A stretch of 64,000 nt of DNA from contig JBGARZ010000001.1 of NCBI GenBank assembly GCA_044229975.1, positions 192,001 to 256,000 on the forward strand, given 5' to 3'. The notes beneath the pieces were generated by a model, which worked only from the letters and a program-made list of their open reading frames with translations, ran no database searches and was not told the origin of the DNA. Of the stretch, positions 37,911 to 47,962 are shown piece by piece (within the stretch, counting starts at the first letter, position 1; each line of letters starts with the position of its first letter). The DNA is from Polyangiales bacterium (GTDB taxonomy: Bacteria; Myxococcota_A; Polyangia; Polyangiales; Ga0077539). The position numbers and the translations under genes are program-made.

Positions 37911-39170
37911 TCAAGCGCCCCGCTCCCAGCGTACACCGGCGTCGCGCCGCAGGGACTCCGCGAAGGCGCTGCCGAAGACCGTCGCGTGGAGCTCGCGCGC
38001 GTTGGCCACGTACCAGCCGAAGAGCGTTCGCCAGTGCTGCCACAAGCTCGCCTGCGCCTGCGCGTCGAGGGGCTGCCCGGAGCGGAGCGCGGCCATCTCC
38101 TGCTCCAGCGCGTAGGGGCTCAAGCGATCGAGGAGCGCGCGCACGCCCTCGAAGACGGCTCCGGCCATCAGCCCGGGGCGTTCGGCGAGCTCGGCGGCGA
38201 GCTGCCGCAGCCCCTGCACCTTGGTCGCGATGGGCGTGTCCGCCGCGAAGATCCAGCGCAGCAGAGCCGCTCCCTCGTCACCGCGCTGCCCATCGAGCGC
38301 GCTGCCCGGCGTCGCCGCTTCCACCAACGCGTCGGGTTCGAGCGCGGCGCGAAGCACGATGAGCGCGTCGGCCATGCCGTCGAGCGCGGCCGCGAGGCGC
38401 AGCACGACGTCGTCCACGTCGGCCGGCGTCGCGAGGGCCGCCGCTCCGTAGCGGTGCCCCACCTGCCGCAGTCGCAGCAGTGCGTGCTCGGCCAGCGCCT
38501 CCTCGGTCGCGATCCCGTGCTCGTGGGCCAACGCTCGGACGGGAGCGATCTCGGCGATCTCGGGGTGGTCGGTGAGGAGTCGTCTCAGCGTCTCGGCGCG
38601 CTCCGGGGGGCGAGCGACGGCGACCCGATCACCGACCAACGTGGCGATGTCGTCCGTGGCGGCGCGGCGTCGATCGAGCGCGGACGTCAGCGCGTCGGGC
38701 TTGGCGGTCGTGGGTGCGGGCGCAGCGTGGCCTTCGGCGTGGGCGCGCATCGCGGCGGGGTTGTAGGCAACGGTCGCGGGCACTTCGGCGACACCGCGGG
38801 AAGGGGCCCACGCGAAGCGATCGGAGAGCCACTCGGGCGCGACGTCGGGGCTCTGGTAGTCCATGGCGTCGAGCGTGCAGCGGAGGTTGATGGGGCCGAG
38901 GCTGACCTCCGCGCGCGCATCGAGGGTGACGCGCTGGCCCGCTGCCACGGCGCGGCCGTGGACCATCACCGCGTTGGTCGCGCGCCCCGGAACGAGCACC
39001 ACGCCGTCGCCCTCCACCACGAGCTGACAATGGAACTGGGAGATGGCCGGGTGTGGCAGCGTGAGGTCGTTGACCCGGTTGCGCCCGACGCGGACGAGGC
39101 CCGCGGGGAAGGCGCGCGTGTCGCGGGTGTTGCCTTCGAGGTTGTGGACTTCGACGAGCAGGGTGGGCAC
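37911..39170 (-). CDS. T6SS-associated FHA protein (TagH-like)
   Basis: VGRNRVNDLTL..ISQFHC; C-terminal LLDRLSP..LEQ..LW..FGSAFAE. Confidence 0.75.
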   Translation of the reverse strand: MPTLLVEVHNLEGNTRDTRAFPAGLVRVGRNRVNDLTLPHPAISQFHCQLVVEGDGVVLVPGRATNAVMVHGRAVAAGQRVTLDARAEVSLGPINLRCTLDAMDYQSPDVAPEWLSDRFAWAPSRGVAEVPATVAYNPAAMRAHAEGHAAPAPTTAKPDALTSALDRRRAATDDIATLVGDRVAVARPPERAETLRRLLTDHPEIAEIAPVRALAHEHGIATEEALAEHALLRLRQVGHRYGAAALATPADVDDVVLRLAAALDGMADALIVLRAALEPDALVEAATPGSALDGQRGDEGAALLRWIFAADTPIATKVQGLRQLAAELAERPGLMAGAVFEGVRALLDRLSPYALEQEMAALRSGQPLDAQAQASLWQHWRTLFGWYVANARELHATVFGSAFAESLRRDAGVRWERGA

Positions 39171-39247
39171 GCAATCTCGGAGCTTCCGTGACTGCGCGGG
39201 TGCGGGTCAACCCGTCGGGGTTTAGGACGGCCGGGCGACGGGACGCT

Positions 39248-39853
39248 CTACCGCGGCACGCGACGCGTGATCTTGTGCACGGCGAGGTCGTCGTCCGGCA
39301 CGAGCACGCGGAGCACGTCGTAGGAGAGTCCGACGAAGGGCATGCTCCTGCGATAGAGCTCACGCTCGATGCCCTCCCAGACGCGCCGCACCTCGTCATC
39401 GGAGGTCAGGGGATGGAGTTCCTCGAATCGATGCGCGCGGGGCTTTACCTCTTCGATGACGTGTTGCTCGTAGGCCTCGATGAGGCCGTCGCGATCGAGG
39501 CCGCAGAGCCAGATCGTCATGTCACCCCGCACACTCCCGTTGCGCGCGACGGGGCGCCACTGCGTCACACCACCAGGTAGTTCGATGCGTCGATATTCGA
39601 TGTGCTCGACGCCAGAGTCCTCCGGGGGATCCAGCAAGACGGGCTGCTCGAACCCGCGGTCTGCGCCATACGGATGTCGCTTGCAGAGCAGCGTCCCCGC
39701 GACCGTGTAGTCGTGGCGCTCGATCTCCTTGACGGTTGGGTTTCGCTGCTGACCAGACACGATGGCGCGGAGATCGGTGAGCGCGCGCGTCTCGATCGCA
39801 GCGAGCTTCTCCGCGCCATCAGCGTCGGGCTTGCCTCTCTCGACGAGGATCAC
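39248..39853 (-). pseudogene. PtuB/retron-type HNH endonuclease homologue apparently lacking the HNH core
   Basis: MILVERG start and EQPVLLDP..EHI..RG..TI..CGLDR tail fit this family, but no CxxC/H-N-H segment is present. Confidence 0.55.
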
Positions 39854-39856
39854 ACG

Positions 39857-40914
39857 TCACCCCGGATCCGCCCCCAACGAGCGTCGCGGCTCGTAGGATC
39901 CGGGGTCGATGCCTTCAGCCCGCAGGGCGGCGAGGAGCGCGTGGAGTTCGGTCTCTTCACCGTCGGTGCGCTCGTCGATCCCCGCGAGCAGTCCGTAGCG
40001 ACGCAGGCGGTTGCCAACCGACGACGGGAAGAGATCCTGCACGCCGAAGAACTCGCGGTAGAGCTGCGCGGCTGTGAGCATGCGCGGGTCCTCCTGAGGG
40101 AACTCCGCGCGCACGCTGCCCCGAGCGTCGGCACGCAACAACAGGACCTCGTGCGGCGCGAGGCCCGGAAGGATCATCGGCGAGTGGGTCGTCGCGATGA
40201 ACTGCAAACGCGGGAAGGTCCGACGAAGCGCGGGGACGAGGGACGCCTGCCATCGCGGGTGCAGGTGCAGGTCGATCTCATCGATCAAGACGAGACCCTC
40301 CATCTCCGCGGGTGGGACGACGGCGCCGGCATCGAGCGCGATCTGACCGATGAGGTCGGCGATCCACGCGATGGTCGACTGGTAGCCCGCGGAGAGCCAC
40401 ACGGCAGGGATCTTCACCTCGTCCGCGTCGCCGAATCGCAAGAGGAAGCGCTCCGCTTCCACGAGATCACCCGAACCGCGTGCCCCGCCCGAACCGCATA
40501 GCTCGACGTCCTCGACGCGCACTGCACCGTGACGGGGCAAGATGCCGGGAAGGTCGTCCGTGCCCACGAGCACGTCACGCAGGCTGGGAGACTGGGATAG
40601 TGACGGGATGCGTGAGCGCGTGCGGAGAGTCCGTACTCCGCAACGATCGTGCAGCCATCGTGGTGAGAGGCGATCTGCTCCGCGGTCGGAGTCCACCGCT
40701 TGTCAAAGAACGATGAAGAATTGGGAGCCAGCTTGTTGGCGCCAACCAGCCCGCTCGATGCCAACGCGATGGTCTGCAACAGCGTTGTCTTGGCGAGGCC
40801 GTTGTCCGCCAAGATCACGGTGAACATCCTCGGGGCACCCGACGCGTCCACGAAGGAGATGTCGTCGGCCTCGACGAGTCGCACGTGCTCCAAGCGCAGG
40901 CGTTCCAGGTACAT
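39857..40914 (-). pseudogene. PtuA-like ABC/AAA ATPase split by a frameshift
   Basis: Walker A-like ADNGLAKTT in frame 40414-40914; LSAGYQ, LIDEIDLHLHPRWQ, QFIATTHSP in frame 39857-40696; junction near 40585. Confidence 0.75.
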
Positions 40915-40961
40915 CGCCGGGCGACGCTACGTCATGCCCCGCGACGACGCGAGATCATCGC

Positions 40962-42005
40962 TCACCCCAGCCGTCGCAGCAGGTCGAGCGCCCGCGAGCG
41001 CCACGGCGCGCGGTGCCCCTCGGCGGTCCCCTCGCCCGCTTCCACGACCGGCGTTGCGAGGTGTGCCCGGTAGGCGTCGATGAGCGCCTCGGCCCCGGTG
41101 CGCTTCGACGACCACCCGAGCGCCTGGAGCTTCGTCGTCGAGAAGGTCATCTCCCGCGACGCCGCGGCCACCATCCACGGGTGCGTCGGCATCGCGCCCA
41201 GCGCATGGAGCGCGAAGAGCGCTCGCTCCACCGGCCACGCCACCGTCGCCACCGGGCGCGCCCGCGTCCCCGCCGCGACGCACAGCGCGCGCACCTCTTC
41301 GAAGACCGTCCCCACCTCCGCCGCGCCCACGTTGAACACGTCGCTCGCCCCACGCGCCGGCGCCGTGAGCAGCGTCTCCACCGCGTCGCATCCGTCGTCG
41401 ATGTGGAGGAGTTGAACCCGGTTGCGACCGTCGCCCACCAGCGGGATGCGACGCCCCTCGCGCACCCACTCGAAGAGGTGATGGAAGAGCCCGCTGCGCC
41501 CCGGCCCCACCACCGGCGGCAAGCGGAGCACTCCGACCGTCATCCCGTTGCGCCGCGCGTTCTGGCAGAGCGCCTCGGCCTCCTGCTTCGAGCGCCCATA
41601 CGGCGACACCGGGTCGACGCCTGCGCGCTCATCCCGCCACGGCGGACCGTCCAGCGCGTACAGCGTCGTCGTCGACAGGAACACCACCCGCTCCACGCCC
41701 GATCGCGCCGCCGCGTCGAGCACGTTGCGCGTGCCGTCGACGTTGCTGCGCCGCACGTCGTCCTTCGCCGAGATGGGGAGCTGCGCCGCCGCGTGCACGA
41801 CCGCGTCAGGGCGCCACCGCGCGAACTCCGCGAGCACTGTTTCGCGCTCGCACAGGTCGATGGTCACGCTCTCCGCGCCGTCGATCCTGCCGGGCACCCG
41901 ATCGACGCACAGCACGCTCCGCCCGCTGCCCACCTGGGCTCGCGCGATGGCCCCGCCGATGAACCCGCTCGCGCCCGTGACGAGCACCCGCGCGGGACCG
42001 CTCAC
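40962..42005 (-). CDS. NAD-dependent epimerase/dehydratase
   Basis: VTGASGFIG, HAAA, NVDGT, YGRSK. Confidence 0.9.
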   Translation of the reverse strand: MSGPARVLVTGASGFIGGAIARAQVGSGRSVLCVDRVPGRIDGAESVTIDLCERETVLAEFARWRPDAVVHAAAQLPISAKDDVRRSNVDGTRNVLDAAARSGVERVVFLSTTTLYALDGPPWRDERAGVDPVSPYGRSKQEAEALCQNARRNGMTVGVLRLPPVVGPGRSGLFHHLFEWVREGRRIPLVGDGRNRVQLLHIDDGCDAVETLLTAPARGASDVFNVGAAEVGTVFEEVRALCVAAGTRARPVATVAWPVERALFALHALGAMPTHPWMVAAASREMTFSTTKLQALGWSSKRTGAEALIDAYRAHLATPVVEAGEGTAEGHRAPWRSRALDLLRRLG

Positions 42006-42805
42006 CCGGCCGCCCCTTCGCCCCCGTCGACCCGGATGACATTGCCGGTCATCCAGTCGGTGTCCGGCGACGCCAGCGCCACGATGCTCGCCGCCACGTC
42101 CTCCGGGGTCGTCAGCCGCCCCCGCGGGTGCTTCGCCAGCGCGCGCTCGATGAGCGCCTCGTGACCCGGGATGCGCTCCAGCGCAGGCGTCTTCGTCACC
42201 CCCGCGCAGATCGCGTTGGCCGTGAACCCCCTCGCCCCGCCCTCCACCGCGAGCTGTCGCACGTACGACTCCAGCGCCGCCTTCGCCGCGCCCACCGCGC
42301 CGTACGAGGGCAGCGCCTGCGTGCTGCCGCCGCTCGTCATGGCGAACACCCGCCCGTGCGGCCGCAGCCCACCCATGGCGAGCAGGTCTTGCGACCAGTA
42401 GACGAGCGACGTCGCCATCACGTCGAGGGTCATCTCGATCTGCATGCGGGTGAGCGTCTCGGCGCCCTCGTCGGCCACGAGCGGGCGCAGCGATCCGAAG
42501 GCCAGCGAGTGCATGAGCACCCGCACGGTCTCTCCCTTGCCCCGCGCCGCGAGCCGCTCGCCCACCTCGGTGAGCACCGTGCGGCGCTTCGCGTCGTCGG
42601 CCGCGTTGACGTTGAAGAACCACGCCGTGCGCCCCGCCGCCTCGATGTCAGCCCGCACCGCCTCGGCCTGCGGGAGCGTCGCCCGCCGGTCGAGGTGAAC
42701 GCCCACGATGTCCATGCCGGCCCGCGCCAGGGCGCGCGCGGTCGCCGCCCCGATGCCGCTCGACGCGCCCAGCACCAGCGCGAATCCCTCCAGGGTCACG
42801 GCCAC
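42002..42805 (-). CDS. SDR oxidoreductase (FabL-like enoyl-ACP reductase)
   Basis: GASSGIG, YGAVGAAK, NAICAG, WMTGNVIRVDGG. Confidence 0.85.
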   Translation of the reverse strand: MAVTLEGFALVLGASSGIGAATARALARAGMDIVGVHLDRRATLPQAEAVRADIEAAGRTAWFFNVNAADDAKRRTVLTEVGERLAARGKGETVRVLMHSLAFGSLRPLVADEGAETLTRMQIEMTLDVMATSLVYWSQDLLAMGGLRPHGRVFAMTSGGSTQALPSYGAVGAAKAALESYVRQLAVEGGARGFTANAICAGVTKTPALERIPGHEALIERALAKHPRGRLTTPEDVAASIVALASPDTDWMTGNVIRVDGGEGAAG

Positions 42806-42816
42806 GGCGGCTCCTC

Positions 42817-43608
42817 TCAGAAGGTCAGGGTGTAGCGGGCCGAGAGCCCGAGCCAGAGGTTGAAATTGATGTCCGACGCCGGCGTGTACTCCGTCGAGGT
42901 GCGGGTCACCTCGTCGAGCCCGGGGCGCACCTCGCGCACCTGCGTGAGCTTCGTGGTGCTTCCCCCGACCAGGGTCGTGAACCCGAGGTTGACCCCGATC
43001 GCGAAGCGGGGAATCACCCGGTACTCCACGCCGACCACGAGGGGAATGCCGATGTACGAGGTGTTCCAGGACGTGAGGTTTTGCGGCTCCGTGTACGAGC
43101 GGCTGCGCTGGATGCCGCGCACGAAGTCGATGCCCAGCGAGACGAAGGGGTCGAAGCGCCGACGGTCGCCCGCGCCGTTGAAGAACACCCGCGGCTGTTG
43201 GCGCGCGCCGTTGAGCAGCGAGCCCAGGTAGAGCCGCGCGTACGCGCCGACGTTGTACGAGACGAAGGAGTCGCGCGCGCCGAAGCCCGCCTCCATGGGC
43301 GAGTACTGCCCCGCGGCGCCCAGAAACTGCACGCCCGTGGTGAGCCCCGCGCTCAGGTACGGGAGCATCCGGTAGCCAGCCCCGAGGCGCACGTCGAGGC
43401 CGCCCGAGAAGGCGTCGTAGGGCGTCGCCCCCGCGTCCGTCGAGGTGAAGAACACCCGGTCGCTCGCCGCCGTGAAGTTGCCGTAGCCGAGCGTGAGGTG
43501 CGCCTCGATGCCCCGCTCACCCTCGTGGTCGGGGTGCGTCGCCCACGCGGCGCTCGCCCCCGCCATGACCGCCGAAAACCATGCTGCCTGGGTGGTCGTC
43601 CTACGCAT
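42817..43608 (-). CDS. Small outer-membrane beta-barrel protein
   Basis: Signal peptide, amphipathic strands, terminal ..RYTLTF. Confidence 0.7.
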   Translation of the reverse strand: MRRTTTQAAWFSAVMAGASAAWATHPDHEGERGIEAHLTLGYGNFTAASDRVFFTSTDAGATPYDAFSGGLDVRLGAGYRMLPYLSAGLTTGVQFLGAAGQYSPMEAGFGARDSFVSYNVGAYARLYLGSLLNGARQQPRVFFNGAGDRRRFDPFVSLGIDFVRGIQRSRSYTEPQNLTSWNTSYIGIPLVVGVEYRVIPRFAIGVNLGFTTLVGGSTTKLTQVREVRPGLDEVTRTSTEYTPASDINFNLWLGLSARYTLTF

Positions 43609-43670
43609 TGCGGCGGCGGACTCTCGCACGCCCGAGCGCCTGCGGGGAAGGCCAACCGCAGCCCCGCCCC

Positions 43671-45158
43671 TCACCCCTTGGTGAAGGTCACGAACGACCG
43701 CCGCGGACGCTTGCCCTCGGCCGTCAGCGGCAGCGTGAGGACGAAGCGCGCCCCGCCTCCCGCGCGGTCGGCCACGCCCACGTCACCGTCGTGGTCGAGC
43801 GCGATCTTCCGCACGATGGCGAGTCCGAGGCCCGTGCCCGTGGCCTTCGTCGTGAAGTACGGATCGAACACCTTCTCCTGCTGCGCCGCGGGCACGCCCG
43901 GCCCGTCGTCCTCGACCACCAGCCACGCCTGCTGCGTGGTCTCGGGGCCGTCGGTCTCGCGCACGTCGCGCGTCTCGACCCGCACCCAGACATGACCCCC
44001 GCGGGTGGTCATCGCCTCCACGGCGTTGCGCAGGAGGTTCTCCACGGCGCGACGAAACATGATGCGGTCGATGCGCACCGGCACCGCCGCGTCGCCCGCC
44101 TCGAAGCGCACCTCGACGCCCGGGTCGAGCTCATCGAGCAGCGCCCGCGAGCTCGCCATGTCGCGCACGAACTCCGCGAGATCGGCCGGCGCGGGCTTCA
44201 CGTCGGGCAGCCGCGCGAACTCCGAAAACGCCCCGACGAGCCGACGCAGCGTGGCGACCTCCTCTTCGACCACCTCGCGCGTGGTCTCCAGGGTCTTCGC
44301 GAAGGCCGCGTCGTCGCCCTTGTAACGGCGGGCGAGCTCCTGCACCGCGAGCTGGATGGGCGTCAGCGGGTTCTTGATCTCGTGGGCGAGGCGGCGGGCG
44401 AGCTCCTGCCACCCGGCGATGCGCTGGAGATACTCGACGCGCGACCGCGACATCGCGAGCTCCTCCACCATCTGGTTGAACGCCGACGTCAGCGCCGCCA
44501 GCTCGCCCTCCGCCGCGACGCGCACCGCGAGGTCGCCGCCGCCCACCTTGCCCGCCGCCGTGATGAGCTCCGCGGTACCACCGCTCTTCGGCGCGCCTTC
44601 CTTCGCGGTGCGGAGGATGAGCAGCGCCGTGATGATCGAAGCGAGCGCCGCCGCTCCGAGGACGAAGTGGGTCGCCCTGGTGGACGGCCGCAGCCACGGC
44701 GACGGCGGCGGCGACAGCGACGGCGGCGCCAGGGCGGCGAGCGATTCGCAGTTCTCGTCGAGGGTGATCACGGCCATCACGCCGGGCCTGAGCAAGGACG
44801 ACAGCACCCTCGGCGGGCACCGCGCCGGGACGTGGGGGGCCCCGACGGCGCGCGCCAGCACGAGCCCGTCGGTGGTCATCACCTCGACGCTTCGCACCCC
44901 GCTCACCGAGGACGGGACGCGGGCGATGGTCTCGTCGTTGAGGTCCCGAATCGACGCCAGCTGGGAGAGCACGGCCGTCACCGCGAGGTGCTGCGAGGCG
45001 CGGGACCGCTCGACCAGCCGGTGGAGGTCCCCTTGATGGAGCATCTCCGCGGAACGCCGCATGCCATCCGCGATCAGCGACGAAGCCGCGGTCGGAATCA
45101 GCACGGCGACCAGCACCGCAACCAGGGTTCGGAGAGGGAGGCGCGGCGGGGTCGTCAC
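43671..45158 (-). CDS. HAMP-domain sensor histidine kinase (NtrY-like)
   Basis: Two TM helices, HAMP, LAHEIKNPLTPI, NLLRNA, DDGPG, PYFTTK..GTGLGL. Confidence 0.92.
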   Translation of the reverse strand: MTTPPRLPLRTLVAVLVAVLIPTAASSLIADGMRRSAEMLHQGDLHRLVERSRASQHLAVTAVLSQLASIRDLNDETIARVPSSVSGVRSVEVMTTDGLVLARAVGAPHVPARCPPRVLSSLLRPGVMAVITLDENCESLAALAPPSLSPPPSPWLRPSTRATHFVLGAAALASIITALLILRTAKEGAPKSGGTAELITAAGKVGGGDLAVRVAAEGELAALTSAFNQMVEELAMSRSRVEYLQRIAGWQELARRLAHEIKNPLTPIQLAVQELARRYKGDDAAFAKTLETTREVVEEEVATLRRLVGAFSEFARLPDVKPAPADLAEFVRDMASSRALLDELDPGVEVRFEAGDAAVPVRIDRIMFRRAVENLLRNAVEAMTTRGGHVWVRVETRDVRETDGPETTQQAWLVVEDDGPGVPAAQQEKVFDPYFTTKATGTGLGLAIVRKIALDHDGDVGVADRAGGGARFVLTLPLTAEGKRPRRSFVTFTKG

Positions 45159-45208
45159 CCGCGGGACAGTACGCTTTCGGCGCGGTGCGATACCATCGCG
45201 GCCCCGCC

Positions 45209-45907
45209 ATGGAAGACACCCTCTCGCCCGACGATTTCCTCGCTGCCCTGCGCGAGGTCGGGGCGCGCAAGTACCACGACAAGCACCGCTTCCACCTGCT
45301 GATGAACGAGGGGCGACTCACCCCCGCTCAGCTCAAGGTGTGGGCCCTCAACCGCTTCTACTACCAGCGCAGCATCCCCTCGAAGGACTGCGCCCTCATG
45401 TCCCGCATGCCCGCCCCAGCCGACCGTCGCCGCTGGCGTCAGCGCCTGCTCGACCAGGACGGCGCCGGGCCCGACGAGGAGGGCGGCATCGAGGCATGGC
45501 TGCGCCTCGTCGAAGCCTGCGGCGGGACGCGCGACGAGGCGTGGGGCGAGGTCGGGCTGCTGCCGGGCGTTCGCTACGCGGTCGACGCGTACGTCACCTT
45601 CGTGCGCGAGCGACCGTGGGTCGAAGGCGTGGCGTCATCGCTGACGGAGCTGTTCTCGCCGTCGCTCATGTCGCTGCGCATCGTGGCCTTCGAGCAGCAC
45701 TACCCCTGGGTCGCCGCCGAGGGGCTCACCTACTTCCGCGGCCGACCCAAGCGCGCCAGCAACGACAGCGACCACGCCGTCGCCATCGTGCTCAAGCACT
45801 GCACCACCCGCGCGGCGCAAGACCGGGCCATCGCGGCGCTCGACTTCAAGTGCGACCTGCTCTGGGCGCAGCTCGACGCCATCTACTGGCACTGCGTCTC
45901 ACCGTGA
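45209..45907 (+). CDS. pqqC: Pyrroloquinoline-quinone synthase
   Basis: YHDKHRFH, WALNRFYYQ..KD, EGGIEAWL, AVDAY, SSLTELF, FKCDLLWAQLDA. Confidence 0.93.
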   Translation: MEDTLSPDDFLAALREVGARKYHDKHRFHLLMNEGRLTPAQLKVWALNRFYYQRSIPSKDCALMSRMPAPADRRRWRQRLLDQDGAGPDEEGGIEAWLRLVEACGGTRDEAWGEVGLLPGVRYAVDAYVTFVRERPWVEGVASSLTELFSPSLMSLRIVAFEQHYPWVAAEGLTYFRGRPKRASNDSDHAVAIVLKHCTTRAAQDRAIAALDFKCDLLWAQLDAIYWHCVSP

Positions 45908-46188
45908 GCGACGACGCGCTCCGCCCGACGCTCGCCCGACGCGCGCGGATGCGCTGGGACGAGGCGCGCGGTCAGCACGTGGTGGTGGTGCCTGAAGGGG
46001 TGCTGCTGCTCACCGAAGAGGGCGCGGAGATTCTCTCCCTCGTCGACGGTCGCCGCTCGCTCGGCGACGTCACGGACGCTCTGTGTGCGGCGCACCCGGA
46101 GGCTCCGCGCGACGTCATCGCGGCCGACGTGCGCGACTACCTCGGGCGCCTCGTCGAGCGCGGGTATGTCACGCTGGACGCGCCGTGA
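45904..46188 (+). CDS. pqqD: PQQ biosynthesis peptide chaperone
   Basis: RWDEARGQHVVVVPEG..AEILSLVDG..DVRDYL; coupled by GTGA overlaps to pqqC and pqqE. Confidence 0.9.
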   Translation: MSDDALRPTLARRARMRWDEARGQHVVVVPEGVLLLTEEGAEILSLVDGRRSLGDVTDALCAAHPEAPRDVIAADVRDYLGRLVERGYVTLDAP

Positions 46189-47288
46189 CCGAAGCCCCCG
46201 TCGCCCTGCTCGCCGAGCTCACCTACCGCTGCCCGCTGCGCTGCGCGTACTGCTCCAACCCCGCCGACTGGAGCGCCTACACCGACGAGCTCGACACGGC
46301 GACCTGGACGCGGGTGCTGCGCGAGGCCGCCTCCCTCGGCGCGCTGCACGTGCACTTCTCGGGCGGTGAGCCTCTGCTGCGCGACGACCTCGAAGCGCTC
46401 GTGACCGCGGCGCGCGACGCGGGGCTCTACACCAACCTCATCACGTCGGCGTGGCGGGTGACGCGCGAGCGGCTCGCCTCCCTCGCGGACGCCGGGCTCG
46501 ATCATGTGCAGGTGAGCGTTCAGGACAGCGACGCGGCGCTCGCCGACGCGCTCGCGGGGACGACGGCCCACGACCACAAGCTCGTCGCCGCAGGGTGGGT
46601 GAAGTCGCTCGGCATGGCGCTGTCGATCAACGCCGTGCTGCATCGTCGCAACCTCGCGCGCGTCGGCGACCTCATCGCGCTGGCGGAGTCCGTCGGCGCC
46701 GAGCGCCTGGAGCTCGCCAACACCCAGTGGCACGGCAGCGCCCTCGCGCACCGCGACGCGCTGATGCCCGACCGCGAGACGCTGGCGAAGGCGCAGGCCG
46801 TGGCGCTCGCCGAGCGGGCGCGGCTGCGCGGGAAGATGGACGTCATCTGGGTGATCCCCGACTGGTACGAGGACGCGCCGCGGCCGTGCATGGACGGTTG
46901 GGGACGGCGCTTCGTGACGGTCATCCCGGACGGCGCGGTGCTGCCCTGCCCCGGCGCCCATGGGTTGCCCGGGATGGTCATGGACAACGTGCGCGACCGC
47001 TCGCTCGGCGACATCTGGCGGGCGGGCGCCGACTTCGAGCGCTTCCGCGGAACGTCCTGGATGCCCTCGCCGTGCGCCTCGTGCGACCGGCGCGAGGTCG
47101 ACTTCGGCGGGTGCCGCTGCCAGGCCTTCGCGCTCACGGGCGACGTCACGCGCACCGACCCCGCGTGCGCGAAGAGCCCCGACCACGAGCTCATCCGCGC
47201 GCTGCGGCGAGAGCACCCGGCACCCGATGAAGGGGTGCTCGCTCCGCTCTACCGCATCGACCTGCGGCGCTCGCGGCGCGCGTCGTAG
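46185..47288 (+). CDS. pqqE: PqqA peptide cyclase (radical SAM/SPASM)
   Basis: LLAELTYRCPLRCAYCSNP, LELANTQ, CMDGWG, DFGGCRCQA, DPAC. Confidence 0.95.
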   Translation: MTEAPVALLAELTYRCPLRCAYCSNPADWSAYTDELDTATWTRVLREAASLGALHVHFSGGEPLLRDDLEALVTAARDAGLYTNLITSAWRVTRERLASLADAGLDHVQVSVQDSDAALADALAGTTAHDHKLVAAGWVKSLGMALSINAVLHRRNLARVGDLIALAESVGAERLELANTQWHGSALAHRDALMPDRETLAKAQAVALAERARLRGKMDVIWVIPDWYEDAPRPCMDGWGRRFVTVIPDGAVLPCPGAHGLPGMVMDNVRDRSLGDIWRAGADFERFRGTSWMPSPCASCDRREVDFGGCRCQAFALTGDVTRTDPACAKSPDHELIRALRREHPAPDEGVLAPLYRIDLRRSRRAS

Positions 47289-47508
47289 CCACCGCACAGG
47301 GGGTGCGCCGTCGATGCGCTCACCGGTGATGTCCGACGACCTGAGGCTCCCGCCGCAGAGGCCGCGACGCGCCGCGCAACACGGGCGGCTGGTCCGGTGC
47401 CTGCTTCCATCGCAGCGGGAACTCCGATGACAACCGACGTGGACGGTCGGATGGCGGTGGGGCTCTCGTGCGTTGGCGGTTGAACAGACCCCGTTCGTGG
47501 AGGTGGCG

Positions 47509-47781
47509 ATGAACGCGATGGAGACGATCATGACGTGGCTCAAAGAGGGGGGAGACGCGCGGGTTCGCTACGCACGGGGACACCGCGTGGTGCGGCTCTC
47601 CGAGGTGCCCGAGGAGATGGCCGAGTCGGTCGTGTCGGGCATCGACGACCTGCGACCGGCGACCGTCGAGGACGATGTACGAACCCTGCTCGGGATGGTC
47701 ATCGAGGGCCCGCGGGACGTCGCCCCGTGGCTGCGACGCTACGAAGAATTCTTCGGCAGCCCCTGCGCCGTCGTGACCTGA
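47509..47781 (+). CDS. Small hypothetical protein
   Basis: GGAGG RBS before ATG 47509; acidic, non-shadow composition. Confidence 0.6.
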   Translation: MNAMETIMTWLKEGGDARVRYARGHRVVRLSEVPEEMAESVVSGIDDLRPATVEDDVRTLLGMVIEGPRDVAPWLRRYEEFFGSPCAVVT

Positions 47782-47962
47782 CGCACGCGGAAGATCGCCA
47801 CACTGAGACAGGTTTGATCACCCATCGGCTTTGACGCGCTCCCGAAGGAGTCCCCCCAACCACTGAACCGAATGACGGTGTGGCCGACGCCACGCGCCTC
47901 GCGCAGCGCCCGCTCGCGATGGGACGCGACACGCCGACGGTCCTGCGGGCATCCTCCGCGCG

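Noticed and set aside
39171..40961. Retron
   Set aside because: The ATPase+HNH pair fits retron effectors, but no reverse transcriptase or msr/msd region is visible
47289..47508. Short ORFs after pqqE as possible pqqA
   Set aside because: MSDDLRLP.. and MTTDVDGR.. lack the ExxxY core
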